Part shown: piece after piece, positions 36,853 to 45,877 of the stretch
Numbering within the stretch: position 1 is the first letter of the stretch
How the letters are laid out: each line of letters opens with the position of its first letter
Virus record (IMG/VR): IMGVR_UViG_3300047313_000015
Location: 33,340 to 97,339 of that record
Origin: a virus
Taxonomy: Duplodnaviria; Caudoviricetes
Length of the DNA: 64,000 nucleotides
Direction: 5' to 3' (one strand)
Program-made: the position numbers and the translations under genes
The notes under the pieces: generated by a model
Told to the model about the DNA's origin: nothing
What the model saw: only the letters and a program-made list of their open reading frames with translations
Databases searched by the model: none

Positions 36853-37044
36853 TCAGGAGTGCAGGATCGAAGGGTAGCCGTCAAACAACCAGAACCCCTG
36901 AGCCTTCCAGTCATCCCGGGCTTCCAGAAGCCGTAGCAGCTCTTCTAGTTCCTCATCGGTTGCCCTGCCCTCGACCACTCTGGTCTCTACCCAGCGCAGA
37001 CGGCCTGGCCAGTTCTGCCTGTACTCACCCCAGTTGATGTCCAT
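36853..37044 (-). CDS. Hypothetical protein (leaderless)
   Basis: TG-TACACT 6 nt upstream of ATG. Confidence 0.55.
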   Translation of the reverse strand: MDINWGEYRQNWPGRLRWVETRVVEGRATDEELEELLRLLEARDDWKAQGFWLFDGYPSILHS

Positions 37045-37061
37045 GCGGCCAGTGTATCACA

Positions 37062-38840
37062 TCAGGCGTGGTGCACGTCCACCAGGCCAACGGCCCACCA
37101 GTCAGACTGCGCGACTGGCCATGTCATCGTAACAGAGGATCCGGTGCCCGGTGCCGTAGCACCCGCCGAGTTGCCTGCCCCCGTGTTCGCGTTCACGTTC
37201 TCCAGCAGGCTGTGCACCGCCGGTACAGCCGGTGCCTGGAGGCTGTTGCCTGCCGCAGCGAACCCGGCGATCATGTCGTTCGCACTGGCTGAGCTGATCG
37301 CAGCATGGGCCGAGCTGGAGAAGCCCACCGCAGACGCGACCGCTGAGAACGGGCTCACCTGGTCAGCCCCGGTGAACGACTCAGACACAGCAGACAGCGC
37401 AGGACTTGAGCAGCCACTCACGGTCATCGAGAAGCTGTTCGCACCTGATGCCGGTGCTACCGCGCTCCACAGGTCCATGAACCCGGCGTGCTGGTTGTTC
37501 GTATGGAACACGCCCAGCTTGGTCATTGTCACGCCGTTGAGCTTAACGGTCTGCGTGCACCCGTTGTCATTGCTGGTGCCGACAGTGCTCTCCACCAGGA
37601 CCGCACGGCCTGCTCCTGCCCCGATGTTCTGAGTCCAGTTCAGCGGAGTCGTGCCGGTCTTTTTCCCGCCCGCCTGCGAGTCGAAAGCAACCGCTGAACC
37701 TCCACCCGCAGGTGAGGTGGTGAAGGTCTGGTCATTGCCAAATGTGGTTCCGGTAGCGTTCGTGGCCTCCACCCGGAAGTGGTACAGGGTGTCCGGCAGA
37801 AGTCCGGTCACATTATCTGGCTCACTCACCCCGGTGCTTCCGGAACCGGCGCTGCCCGAGCCTGTAGAGGTCCCATAGGCGTTCGTGGTGCCGTAGTCGT
37901 ACTGGAAGGTGGTCGCTGCACCTTCGGGGTTCACCGTCCCGTTCAGCGTTGCGCTGGTGTCAGTCACAGCGCTGGCCGGGTCGGTGCTGACCGCTGGCGC
38001 CTGCTGTGTGTTACCGCCACCGTTGACCACGGTCGAGTAGTTGCTCACGCCGTAGGTCTTAGCACCGGAGCCAGTAGCGCAGATCTCCAGCCCGTAGTTA
38101 AGCTGGTCGATACCGAAGCTCGCGGTGTTCAGGTAACCCTGCGATACCAGGTAGTTATAGAACCCGATCCGGTCCAGTGATCCCGATACCGAGTTGACCT
38201 TACGGACAAAGGAAACGATGTCAGCGTTGCTGCTGACGGTGGTGGATCCAGTGTTGACCCATACCTCCCACTGAGTACCAGCAGCGTCGGTATACACATT
38301 CCCGGTGTCGCGACCGGCAGGCACCTGACCATGGGTGTCAGTCCAGACCATCATCTCGAAGTCGTTTGTCCATGAGTTCTGGTTCGGGTTTGCCAGCCAG
38401 TCATCGATAGCGTACTCATAATCCTGGCCGGTGCCTGATGGTTCCAGGTTGGTGTAGTTGCTGATCAGCGATGTACCGAAGGTGGAGACCGGTTCCGGCT
38501 TGCCTGCGGTAGTCGTATAGGTGACCTGCGTAGCCGGGTAGCTCTTCACCGAAGTTTGATCTTGCTGTGCGTGAGCGTCAGCGGTGACGGTCCAGCTCGT
38601 TGAGTCCTGCGCGGTCAGGGTCTGCGGGATAGCCGAGAAGTCGTTCTGCGTAACGAGATCGGTGGCGTTCGCCGTGCGGAATACGGTGGGGTCCTGATAG
38701 GGACCGCAGTTGCCGCTCGTACTGGACGTGGTACAGGTAGCGGCGAGCGCTGATGGCGCTGCGGCTACGGCTACGGCTGCTGTGCCTGAGAATGTCAGCA
38801 GTCCTGCTGTCAGGACAGATACCAGTTTTCTGCGGATCAT
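37062..38840 (-). CDS. Secreted GH12-like glycoside hydrolase with FN3 and C-terminal beta domain
   Basis: Signal peptide; VKSYP, YAIDDW, FEMMVW (nucleophile Glu), YGLEIC (acid/base Glu); SATLNGTVNP...GLLPDTLYHFRVEA FN3. Confidence 0.85.
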   Translation of the reverse strand: MIRRKLVSVLTAGLLTFSGTAAVAVAAAPSALAATCTTSSTSGNCGPYQDPTVFRTANATDLVTQNDFSAIPQTLTAQDSTSWTVTADAHAQQDQTSVKSYPATQVTYTTTAGKPEPVSTFGTSLISNYTNLEPSGTGQDYEYAIDDWLANPNQNSWTNDFEMMVWTDTHGQVPAGRDTGNVYTDAAGTQWEVWVNTGSTTVSSNADIVSFVRKVNSVSGSLDRIGFYNYLVSQGYLNTASFGIDQLNYGLEICATGSGAKTYGVSNYSTVVNGGGNTQQAPAVSTDPASAVTDTSATLNGTVNPEGAATTFQYDYGTTNAYGTSTGSGSAGSGSTGVSEPDNVTGLLPDTLYHFRVEATNATGTTFGNDQTFTTSPAGGGSAVAFDSQAGGKKTGTTPLNWTQNIGAGAGRAVLVESTVGTSNDNGCTQTVKLNGVTMTKLGVFHTNNQHAGFMDLWSAVAPASGANSFSMTVSGCSSPALSAVSESFTGADQVSPFSAVASAVGFSSSAHAAISSASANDMIAGFAAAGNSLQAPAVPAVHSLLENVNANTGAGNSAGATAPGTGSSVTMTWPVAQSDWWAVGLVDVHHA

Positions 38841-38868
38841 CGTTGGTTCTCCTCATTGTTGATCTCAC

Positions 38869-38943
38869 TGGTCAGTGTGGCGTGAGTCGAACACGCTGCA
38901 TCTCCCGTCCGAGGGGAGTAGGCTACCGTTGCCCTACACACTG
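38869..38943 (-). tRNA. tRNA-Pro(CGG), CCA encoded
   Basis: Loop CT-CGG-AC. Confidence 0.9.
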
Positions 38944-39189
38944 TTAGTTGGTGCCCTTGTACTCCGCGTAGGCCTCACGTGATGATTGCAGGAACCCGAC
39001 TTCCTTACGGCGGGCAGACAGCTTGTCCTTGTTGTAGGCGGTGTGCAGACGAGCGGCCTCACCAGCATGCTGTATACGAGCGGCCTGTACTCTGGCAGTA
39101 CGCTTGGACACGGCTTCCTGGTGCTTATGGCCGTTGCGAACCACCGATACGGCGATGATGACCAGCAGCAGGAAGATAAGGAATGCGAA
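38944..39189 (-). CDS. Small membrane protein
   Basis: MFAFLIFLLLVIIAV TM; RBS AAAGGAG. Confidence 0.65.
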   Translation of the reverse strand, partial: FAFLIFLLLVIIAVSVVRNGHKHQEAVSKRTARVQAARIQHAGEAARLHTAYNKDKLSARRKEVGFLQSSREAYAEYKGTN

Positions 39190-39206
39190 CATCGAGGTAA
39201 CTCCTT

Positions 39207-40154
39207 TCAACTGTCTATTATAGACGCCGTTATCATTTGCGGGGGAAAATCTATTTGTTTCGGGATGTACTCCACACCCTGTGGCAGTACCATGACTCCC
39301 ATAGCGTTGTTCTGGGCGGTCTCGTACCGCTCTTTCATCACCTCGACAGCTCGGGCCAGATCCTCAGGTGAGGCAGCCTTGACCAGACCGATATTAGGGA
39401 CGAACTCCTCGCAGGCTCCGGAAGGCTCCAGCAGTTCCCTCGCCTGCTTCCACATCTTATCTCGTTTCTCTCGCATGAGCTTCTGACCGGCCGGAACCAT
39501 CCTTCCCCCGCTGAGGATGGCATCGATCGAGTTGATCTGCGCATTCAGGCGGTTGAACTCGAACTTCTCCGCCGGGCTCATGGTTCTGGTGAGGACTTTA
39601 TCCGCTTTAGATGGCTCAAGGAACGGACGTGGGACGCCATCACGGATCTCAATAGGCAGGCCGAACAGGTACTTCGGGTCCTGTACCAGCATCGGTGGCG
39701 TCCAGACGAGGCGGCCACTGCCGTCAGTCATGTTTCGAAGTTCGTAAAAATGAGCGTAGCTGAAAACCCAGTGCATGTTCTGAGTACCACCAGCAGGTGC
39801 CTTCGAGTAGACACGAAGAATTTCATCGTACAGGGGAGAAATACCCGACTGCTCCCTGATCTCGTTGAGGGTCAGGGCACCCCGGCTAGCGTTCCTCACT
39901 CGCGCCTGGTGGGCCGGGTCATGATCGTAGAACTCATCCACCGCTGTCTGCTCGGCCTGTGAGATCAGCTCCAGGACCGACGTGGCGAACACGTCCTGCT
40001 CCAGTCGATAGATGCTGGTGCGCAGCCTGGCGTCACGCAACCACGGGCTGGTCCGGCGAAGCGGCAGGAAGTAGAGCGAGGCATAATAAACGACGACTAC
40101 GATGGCCAGGAACATGAGGAATATCATCATGCCTACCATCGTAGCCGCCGTCAT
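39207..40154 (-). CDS. Membrane-anchored mosaic of capsid-like and portal-like fragments
   Basis: N-terminal TM; GALTLNEIREQSGISPL (portal), WVFS..F.ELRNMTDGSGRLVW.P...LFGLPI (capsid), KERYE..QNNAMGVMVLPQGVEY (portal). Confidence 0.65.
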   Translation of the reverse strand: MTAATMVGMMIFLMFLAIVVVVYYASLYFLPLRRTSPWLRDARLRTSIYRLEQDVFATSVLELISQAEQTAVDEFYDHDPAHQARVRNASRGALTLNEIREQSGISPLYDEILRVYSKAPAGGTQNMHWVFSYAHFYELRNMTDGSGRLVWTPPMLVQDPKYLFGLPIEIRDGVPRPFLEPSKADKVLTRTMSPAEKFEFNRLNAQINSIDAILSGGRMVPAGQKLMREKRDKMWKQARELLEPSGACEEFVPNIGLVKAASPEDLARAVEVMKERYETAQNNAMGVMVLPQGVEYIPKQIDFPPQMITASIIDS

Positions 40155-40178
40155 CGCGAGCCGAGGTCGGATCAGACC

Positions 40179-40781
40179 TTAGAAGCTCCACCTCTTGTAG
40201 AAGCTGGTGTTGAACCAGCTCACGGTAGACAGCGAGACACCGAAGGTGTTGGTAGATGCCAGCACCCGCAGGTCGTCCAGCCGCTGCGTCTCCGCCCGGT
40301 TGATCCACACATCATGACCGCCACTCGTACCGTGACCCCATACCGTGGCTGTACCGTTCGTGCAGCTCGCGGTCGTTACGGCACCCAGGTCACCCGAGTA
40401 GCACAGGCCGGGATGACCGGTCAGGTGCAGCAGCCCGGTGTTGTACGTGTGCGTGCGGAACGTGAACGTGTTGCCGTTCCCCACGAACTTAGTATCCTCC
40501 GCAGGTCCCGGTGTCTGGTTCCCGGAGAACATCACCGACCCTGCCGAGTCGCTGTTGTTGGTGTCCCGGGCACAGAGCAGTGCGTCACTGGTCTTGCACA
40601 GCGGACGGGGTGAGATGTCCGGCTCAATAGTAACCGGATCCGGGTACCCGTCCGAGGTATCAGCGGATACCGCCGCATGTGCGGGTGCGGTCTGGGCTGC
40701 CATCGCTGGCGCCCCGCTCGTAACCGCCAGGGCCAGGATACTGAACCCGGCTACTGCGGTATTGCGAATGAACTTATGCAT
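40179..40781 (-). CDS. Secreted ricin-B/beta-trefoil-like protein 1
   Basis: Signal peptide; CARD.NN, GLCY...TASC..GTATVW. Confidence 0.7.
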   Translation of the reverse strand: MHKFIRNTAVAGFSILALAVTSGAPAMAAQTAPAHAAVSADTSDGYPDPVTIEPDISPRPLCKTSDALLCARDTNNSDSAGSVMFSGNQTPGPAEDTKFVGNGNTFTFRTHTYNTGLLHLTGHPGLCYSGDLGAVTTASCTNGTATVWGHGTSGGHDVWINRAETQRLDDLRVLASTNTFGVSLSTVSWFNTSFYKRWSF

Positions 40782-40801
40782 GTTCTACCTCTCCGTTGTT
40801 T

Positions 40802-41356
40802 TTAGCCCTGGCCGGTTGCTGGTGACCAGCGCTGGAATCCGTTGCCATCACTCTCGAATGATAGCTGACCAGAGTTGCCGCTGCCGGTAACGAACTGGTT
40901 GCCGTCGAGGGAGTTAGAATACAGCCGCGACTCGAACTTCGGTGCACCGTTGACGAACACTTCCGCCACAATGGTTCCGGTACCGGTGTCGCACGCCTGC
41001 GTGGTGATGAAGCCGCCTGAGGTGGATCCGACGCAGCGGTTAGAGTGCTGGAGAAGGAAGATCTCCCCGTTCTCCCGTGTAACACCGTTGTAGTTCGACT
41101 GCGTGCCCAGATCCTGCCACTGGAAGTCGGTGGCTGACCCGAACACGCCCTTGGACCCCTCTACCACCGGATTGCCGGTGTTCTGGGAGTCGTTGGCGTC
41201 CCGCATGGCGAAACTGCCGGAGGTTTCATTCAGGACATGGATGGTGGACCTGCGAGCAGGCTGTACCGTGCTGGCACTGGCCGCCAGTGGTGCGAATGGG
41301 GCTGCCATGGCCACGACGGCGAATGCAGCCATCAGGATTGATGATACGTTTTTCAT
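40802..41356 (-). CDS. Secreted ricin-B/beta-trefoil-like protein 2
   Basis: Signal peptide; DFQW, RCVG...QAC, FQRW. Confidence 0.7.
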   Translation of the reverse strand: MKNVSSILMAAFAVVAMAAPFAPLAASASTVQPARRSTIHVLNETSGSFAMRDANDSQNTGNPVVEGSKGVFGSATDFQWQDLGTQSNYNGVTRENGEIFLLQHSNRCVGSTSGGFITTQACDTGTGTIVAEVFVNGAPKFESRLYSNSLDGNQFVTGSGNSGQLSFESDGNGFQRWSPATGQG

Positions 41357-41371
41357 TTACTGCCTCTCTTG

Positions 41372-41905
41372 TCAGACGGAGTGGAGGAACACCTGGCGCC
41401 AGCAGCCGCAGCCACTTGGCCCGAAGGTTTTCCACTGAGTTCCGTTGGAAGCACCCAGCGGAAGTCCCAGAGCGATGTTATCATGGGTTCCTGCTTGCTG
41501 ATCACAGTACCGGTTGATCAGCAGGAAACCACCTGCGCCCAGATCATGAAGAGCCCATACCGTTCCGTTACTCGTAGAGTCGCTTTTTATTGTGACTCCG
41601 GAACAGGAATTGTTGGCTGCCATGAAGTTACCGTTACTCAGGGTGAACTCCCCGGCGTCATCACTGAAATAGAACGTGTGATCATTGAAGTGCAAGTTGC
41701 GAGCCCGCCCGCTGCTTACACCAATGATCATTGTCCCAGCGTTAAGATCGTCAGATCCCACATACTGAAGTGAGTCGCCCGTAAGCTGGATCTGGTATGG
41801 TCCCGACACTGAAGCCGGTACTGCCGGTCCAGCCATAGCCGGGGCCGACAGTCCAACGACCATGACGATACCCGCCAGGACCGCGCCGATCTTGCCTCTT
41901 ATCAT
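41372..41905 (-). CDS. Secreted beta-trefoil-like protein 3
   Basis: Start MIRGKIG; signal peptide; NGTVW..LINRYCD. Confidence 0.6.
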   Translation of the reverse strand: MIRGKIGAVLAGIVMVVGLSAPAMAGPAVPASVSGPYQIQLTGDSLQYVGSDDLNAGTMIIGVSSGRARNLHFNDHTFYFSDDAGEFTLSNGNFMAANNSCSGVTIKSDSTSNGTVWALHDLGAGGFLLINRYCDQQAGTHDNIALGLPLGASNGTQWKTFGPSGCGCWRQVFLHSV

Positions 41906-41945
41906 ATTATTCCTTCCTTCGCCCGCCACCCTGGCAGACAAGTTT

Positions 41946-42551
41946 TTACCGGAACTCGTAACGAACGAATCCGGCGTGGTTATTATACGAAACAATGATC
42001 ATGCTGGTGACGCTGGCACCGGGATCGAACCCTTCCAGCACCTCATAGTCTCCCGGATCCGGGTTGAGGGTCTGCTGTGCCAGCCGGTTGATCCATATAT
42101 CGGCGCCATTTGCCCTGCCATGCAGCCAGATGGTGCCACGGCCACCAGCACATGGCTGTGTTACCAGCTCGCCCTGAGTGGACCCGGTGCCCGTGCCGAT
42201 ACACAGGTTGGTATGGCCCGTGAACTTGAGGGTGCCCTCCTGGAATACAGTCCCGTTCACGTTCAGGTGGCTGCCATTGCCGAGGAACCTGGAGTTCTCC
42301 GCAGGGCCGGTGATCTCGGTCCCGGTGACCACGAAGTTTCCGGTGGTGTCCAGGTTGTTCGCGTCACGGGCACAGCCGGTGCCCGATGCCTGGCACATCT
42401 GAAGCGGGACATCCGGGCTGGTATCACCATCGGGAGCAGCGGTGATCGGAGGCTGGCTTGCCTGCGCTGGTGATGCGAAATGCGCCGGTGCGATCAGGGC
42501 GATCACCGCAGCGAGAACCGTAAGCCTCCCGGCTGTTTTTCTGCTGATCAT
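41946..42551 (-). CDS. Secreted ricin-B/beta-trefoil-like protein 4
   Basis: Start MISRKTAG; closely similar to 40179-40781 (CARD.NN.D, GPAE, FLGNG, GH..LC, D.WINR). Confidence 0.7.
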   Translation of the reverse strand: MISRKTAGRLTVLAAVIALIAPAHFASPAQASQPPITAAPDGDTSPDVPLQMCQASGTGCARDANNLDTTGNFVVTGTEITGPAENSRFLGNGSHLNVNGTVFQEGTLKFTGHTNLCIGTGTGSTQGELVTQPCAGGRGTIWLHGRANGADIWINRLAQQTLNPDPGDYEVLEGFDPGASVTSMIIVSYNNHAGFVRYEFR

Positions 42552-42598
42552 GCTAACTCCTCGCTGAATTAGGTAGTTTAGGTAGTTCGTTAGCAGGT

Positions 42599-43951
42599 TT
42601 AAATGATCTGCCAGAACACCTGGCAGTCTGCCGTGGCCGCCCTGATGCTGAACGTGCCTGTGCCTCTGCTGGTAACGAACACGGTGCCAGGGCTGGTCGT
42701 GTTGATCGCTGTCAGCAGGATTCCGCTGGATGACCAGCACCACGGAGTGCTCACTGTAGCAACCTGACCGGAGGTGGTGACGAACCCGGATCGTTCTTTG
42801 ATGCTGGTGCCCTGGTAGCCGCCAACCTGAACAAGATTGGTGCCCAGTTTCAGGTGGTCCGCGATGGAATGGTTGTGAATGGCTTCGCCGCTCTGGCCGG
42901 TGGAGTAGTTGAGGATCCCATCGGACCAGGAGACCAGCTCAGCCTGACGGGCGCCTGTGCCAGCCTGCTGGAGGTACAGCGCATACTTCGGTGAGCCGGT
43001 GGCGCAGTCGAGGTTGTTCACCGCTGAGTCGGTGCCTGTGATCTTGACCCGGTTCCTGCCCTGGACCCTGATGGCCGCGAAGTCACCGCCGAGGCCGTTG
43101 TTGTGGCCGTCGCCCTCGAAGCAGCAGCCGGTAATGTTGACCGGTACTCGCCAGTCACCGCCAGTGGGTGAGCTGTTGGTGATCAGCACGCCATCTTCCG
43201 CGTTACGTTCGGTTGAGCAGCCGATCATCTTGATGTCGTCGCCAAAAGCGCCATTGTGGTCGAGCACGTAGCCGCAGCCGAAGGAAAGGTCGGCACGGCA
43301 GCCAAGAAGGGTGGAGTTACCGCCTGAACTAGGTGAGGAGAAGAACCCGCTGCCTACGCCGTCCACATAACCCGCGTACTGGGTGTGCACGTCTCGCAGG
43401 GTGGAGTCGGGTGGCCAGCGGTGAACCGCGTTGAACCCGGGCTGCTGCACCATGACGGTGTCCATCTTGCAGGCGTCTCCGTCTACCCCGTCACTGCCCT
43501 GGAACCATGCGATGCCATGGCCGGTGACAAGGGCAATGGAGACCTCTTGCAGGTTCAGCCCGTTCACGTTTCGATGACAGGCGATACCTTCCACATTGGC
43601 TGGCATGTTAGCGTCCCCGCAGATGCCGATCTTCCGGATCGCCAGGTTGCAGCTACCGTCCAGCACGTCGATGACAGCACCGCCGCCACTGGCAGCGAAT
43701 GATGTCCCGCAGCGGAGGTTGGTGCCGCCGGGGAACTTGCTGGACCTGCCGTTGATGCCGCCGTGCTGGCCGGTGATGGTGAAGCCGGTGAGGAAGGCGG
43801 TGGAGATCGGCTGTGACAGGTAATAGTCGCCTACATCAAAAACGATCTGGCCCATGTCACCGGCTGCGAGGAGTGCTGCGGTGATGGTGGCGGAGTCGGT
43901 AACTCCGGTGAGATCACCTGATGGCGGGCCTAGTGCTACTGTTGCTGGCAT
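42599..43951 (-). CDS. Right-handed beta-helix protein (tailspike or depolymerase-like)
   Basis: GD.TGVTDSATITAAL..GDYYLSQPI pectate-lyase-3-like start, repeated G/C/N beta-helix rungs. Confidence 0.8.
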   Translation of the reverse strand: MPATVALGPPSGDLTGVTDSATITAALLAAGDMGQIVFDVGDYYLSQPISTAFLTGFTITGQHGGINGRSSKFPGGTNLRCGTSFAASGGGAVIDVLDGSCNLAIRKIGICGDANMPANVEGIACHRNVNGLNLQEVSIALVTGHGIAWFQGSDGVDGDACKMDTVMVQQPGFNAVHRWPPDSTLRDVHTQYAGYVDGVGSGFFSSPSSGGNSTLLGCRADLSFGCGYVLDHNGAFGDDIKMIGCSTERNAEDGVLITNSSPTGGDWRVPVNITGCCFEGDGHNNGLGGDFAAIRVQGRNRVKITGTDSAVNNLDCATGSPKYALYLQQAGTGARQAELVSWSDGILNYSTGQSGEAIHNHSIADHLKLGTNLVQVGGYQGTSIKERSGFVTTSGQVATVSTPWCWSSSGILLTAINTTSPGTVFVTSRGTGTFSIRAATADCQVFWQII

Positions 43952-43953
43952 AA

Positions 43954-44355
43954 TTAGCTGTTCTCCTTCAGTTCAAACACGCGGAGGGCATCTCTCAGAG
44001 AGTTCTTGGGTGTGGCTACCATCATCTTCTGGACGATGGAGTAAAACCTTCCGTCGGAATACCATGACCAGGTGGGTGCGACGGAGTACGTAATGATGAT
44101 GGAAGATCCTTGCGGCAGAGAGAAACTTCCGCTGGTTCTGCCAGTGACGCCGCCGTTGATCTGAACCTGGGACACTGTGCCGCCGTTGATGGTGATCTGC
44201 TCGGGCCAGAAGTTGCTGTTGGTCACTGATACACCGGAGGCAGGGAGGGCAGGGGTGCTGCCCTTGTAAATGGTTCCCACAGCACCCTGCTTTGCCTGGT
44301 CGGTGTTTACGACCTGCCATTGACCGGGGCCGTGGGACTGTGCCTTCAGTGTCAT
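43954..44355 (-). CDS. Hypothetical protein containing a tail-fibre-like beta segment
   Basis: TPALPASG..VTN...ITINGGTVS.V.ING...ITYSVAPTW.W. Confidence 0.6.
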   Translation of the reverse strand: MTLKAQSHGPGQWQVVNTDQAKQGAVGTIYKGSTPALPASGVSVTNSNFWPEQITINGGTVSQVQINGGVTGRTSGSFSLPQGSSIIITYSVAPTWSWYSDGRFYSIVQKMMVATPKNSLRDALRVFELKENS

Positions 44356-44651
44356 TCCGACATTTCCTTCTCGCTGAATCGTCTTGCGGTCTCGCGAAGG
44401 GTTTCCAGCTCGGTGCCGTTGATCACCTGGTGCTCGTTACTGTCCGCTACGATACTGGCGAACGCGCCGCAGTCCTGGCCCTCGCAGCAGCCCTCAAGGT
44501 CCGGTCCCCGTCGTGGCTGCGGATCTTCGTCGGCGCGGAAGGTTAGGCGGCCATTCTCCACGGACCAGTGGCCTGAGACCTCGGAACGGAAACGGCAGTG
44601 GCCACAGGAAAACGAAGGAGGCTCCAGCAAGAGCACCGTGTCAGCGGTCAT
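44352..44651 (-). CDS. Small zinc-ribbon hypothetical protein
   Basis: CGHC and C...CG motifs; RBS AGGAGG. Confidence 0.6.
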   Translation of the reverse strand: MTADTVLLLEPPSFSCGHCRFRSEVSGHWSVENGRLTFRADEDPQPRRGPDLEGCCEGQDCGAFASIVADSNEHQVINGTELETLRETARRFSEKEMSE

Positions 44652-44676
44652 GCCAGAGCCTCCTGTCGTTGTCAGG

Positions 44677-44791
44677 GTGTCACCGTGCAGTCGGGGCTGA
44701 TCTTGTCAGCCGTGCTAACGGGGTAACTACCCTGGTTTTTGGCAGCCGTTGCTGCGGGGTAACTCTTGGTCACCGTCACACCGGGGCTGCT
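44677..44791 (-). repeat. Dual-spacer stem-loop units D and C, downstream of Tas-like gene
   Basis: Two copies of stem-CC-CCG-N5-AC-GG-hairpin-CC-CCG-N5-AC-GG-stem. Confidence 0.9.
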
Positions 44792-44800
44792 CTGCTTCTA

Positions 44801-45715
44801 CTATACTGGCCGTACCGAACCGTAGGCGCGGAACGCCTTGATCAGCACCCGGACCAGCTTGTCGAACTGTGCGCGCTCTTCCGCATCGCATTTGTCGCCC
44901 CAGCGTCGGCCAACCGCCCGCAGCGCGGCCCGCATCGGGTTACCCGGCGCCCTTGATCCCGTGCCGGTCATCATCCCGTTGAGCCCGATGATCCTGCGCA
45001 CGATGAAGTTGGTGCCCCATGGCCTGCCCTTGTACGTGCGGAGCTGACCAGTACGCGGGTCGTAAACCGCCACGGCCACTGCCGCGATACGCCTCAGGCT
45101 GTTCACCTTCGGCATGGTTTTCTTCAGGTCGAACAGCGCTCGCTCGTCCTTACCCAGTGCGTGCCATGCGATGTTGACGATATCCTCACCGAACGGTGAG
45201 TCGTAGCCGCCCGTGTTCTGCAACCGGAGGAAGTCCCGGACCACTACCTCCCGGTTAAATACATCCCGGCCGTATTTGCCTGATGCTACGGGATCGAGGA
45301 ACGAATTGTCGCCCCTGACGCCCCGAACCTCATGACCGGAGTCGAATGACCCGTACATCTTGACGATCTTGTCGGCGTGGATCCAGAGAGCCAGTACCGC
45401 GTCAGCCTGCTCCATGTCGTACCGGTGGTAGAGCACCTTGGCCAGACGGTTCGGGATGGTGATGGCCCGGTAGCCACGGCGGTTCAGCTCCGCGAGGAAA
45501 TAGTCAAGATCATCCTGGCTCTTCCAGCCGAACTGCGACACTGAGTATTCATTCTGTACCGCCCAGGCGTTACCGTCCCCGATCACGAGACCTGGCCCGG
45601 ACGGCAGAAGATCCAGGAACTTGAGGAACGTGTCCACGTTCAGGGTTTCCTGGATCTCGCCATCTCCCGTGAAGACCAGGGAGTGATCTTCCTGGTCTAT
45701 TGCGAAGATATTCAT
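44801..45715 (-). CDS. IS110/Tas-like protein (degenerate RuvC-like N-terminus plus Nop/Tnp20-like C-terminus)
   Basis: IFAID, LVIGD, ITIPNRLAK, QADAVLAL parallel the IS110 DEDD domain; IIGLNG..TG....GNPMRAAL parallels GLxP..SG...GNxxLRxAL. Confidence 0.7.
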   Translation of the reverse strand: MNIFAIDQEDHSLVFTGDGEIQETLNVDTFLKFLDLLPSGPGLVIGDGNAWAVQNEYSVSQFGWKSQDDLDYFLAELNRRGYRAITIPNRLAKVLYHRYDMEQADAVLALWIHADKIVKMYGSFDSGHEVRGVRGDNSFLDPVASGKYGRDVFNREVVVRDFLRLQNTGGYDSPFGEDIVNIAWHALGKDERALFDLKKTMPKVNSLRRIAAVAVAVYDPRTGQLRTYKGRPWGTNFIVRRIIGLNGMMTGTGSRAPGNPMRAALRAVGRRWGDKCDAEERAQFDKLVRVLIKAFRAYGSVRPV

Positions 45716-45770
45716 GCTGTGCCTCTCTGTTGATGCCGCTCTTCCTGTGAGCGGCTACCGGTGTTGTGCG

Positions 45771-45877
45771 CCAGCCGTAGGGTCGGGGATGATCATGTCA
45801 TCCGGCTCATCGGGGCTGGTCGCTGGTGTGACCGTGGGTCCGGGGTAGATCTATGTCTACCGTCCTAGCGGGGTCAC
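45771..45877 (-). repeat. Dual-spacer stem-loop units F and E, upstream of Tas-like gene
   Basis: Same motif; TG-A-TACACT promoter (45885-45893) positions the transcript start at unit F. Confidence 0.9.

Noticed and set aside
44801-45715. Active IS110 insertion sequence
   Set aside because: Catalytic residues are degenerate, and several short dispersed stem-loops replace a single two-loop bridge RNA
44677-45877. CRISPR array or ANTAR dual-hairpin interpretation of the repeats
   Set aside because: No identical direct repeats with 30-40-nt spacers or cas genes; hexaloops lack the conserved ANTAR A1/G4
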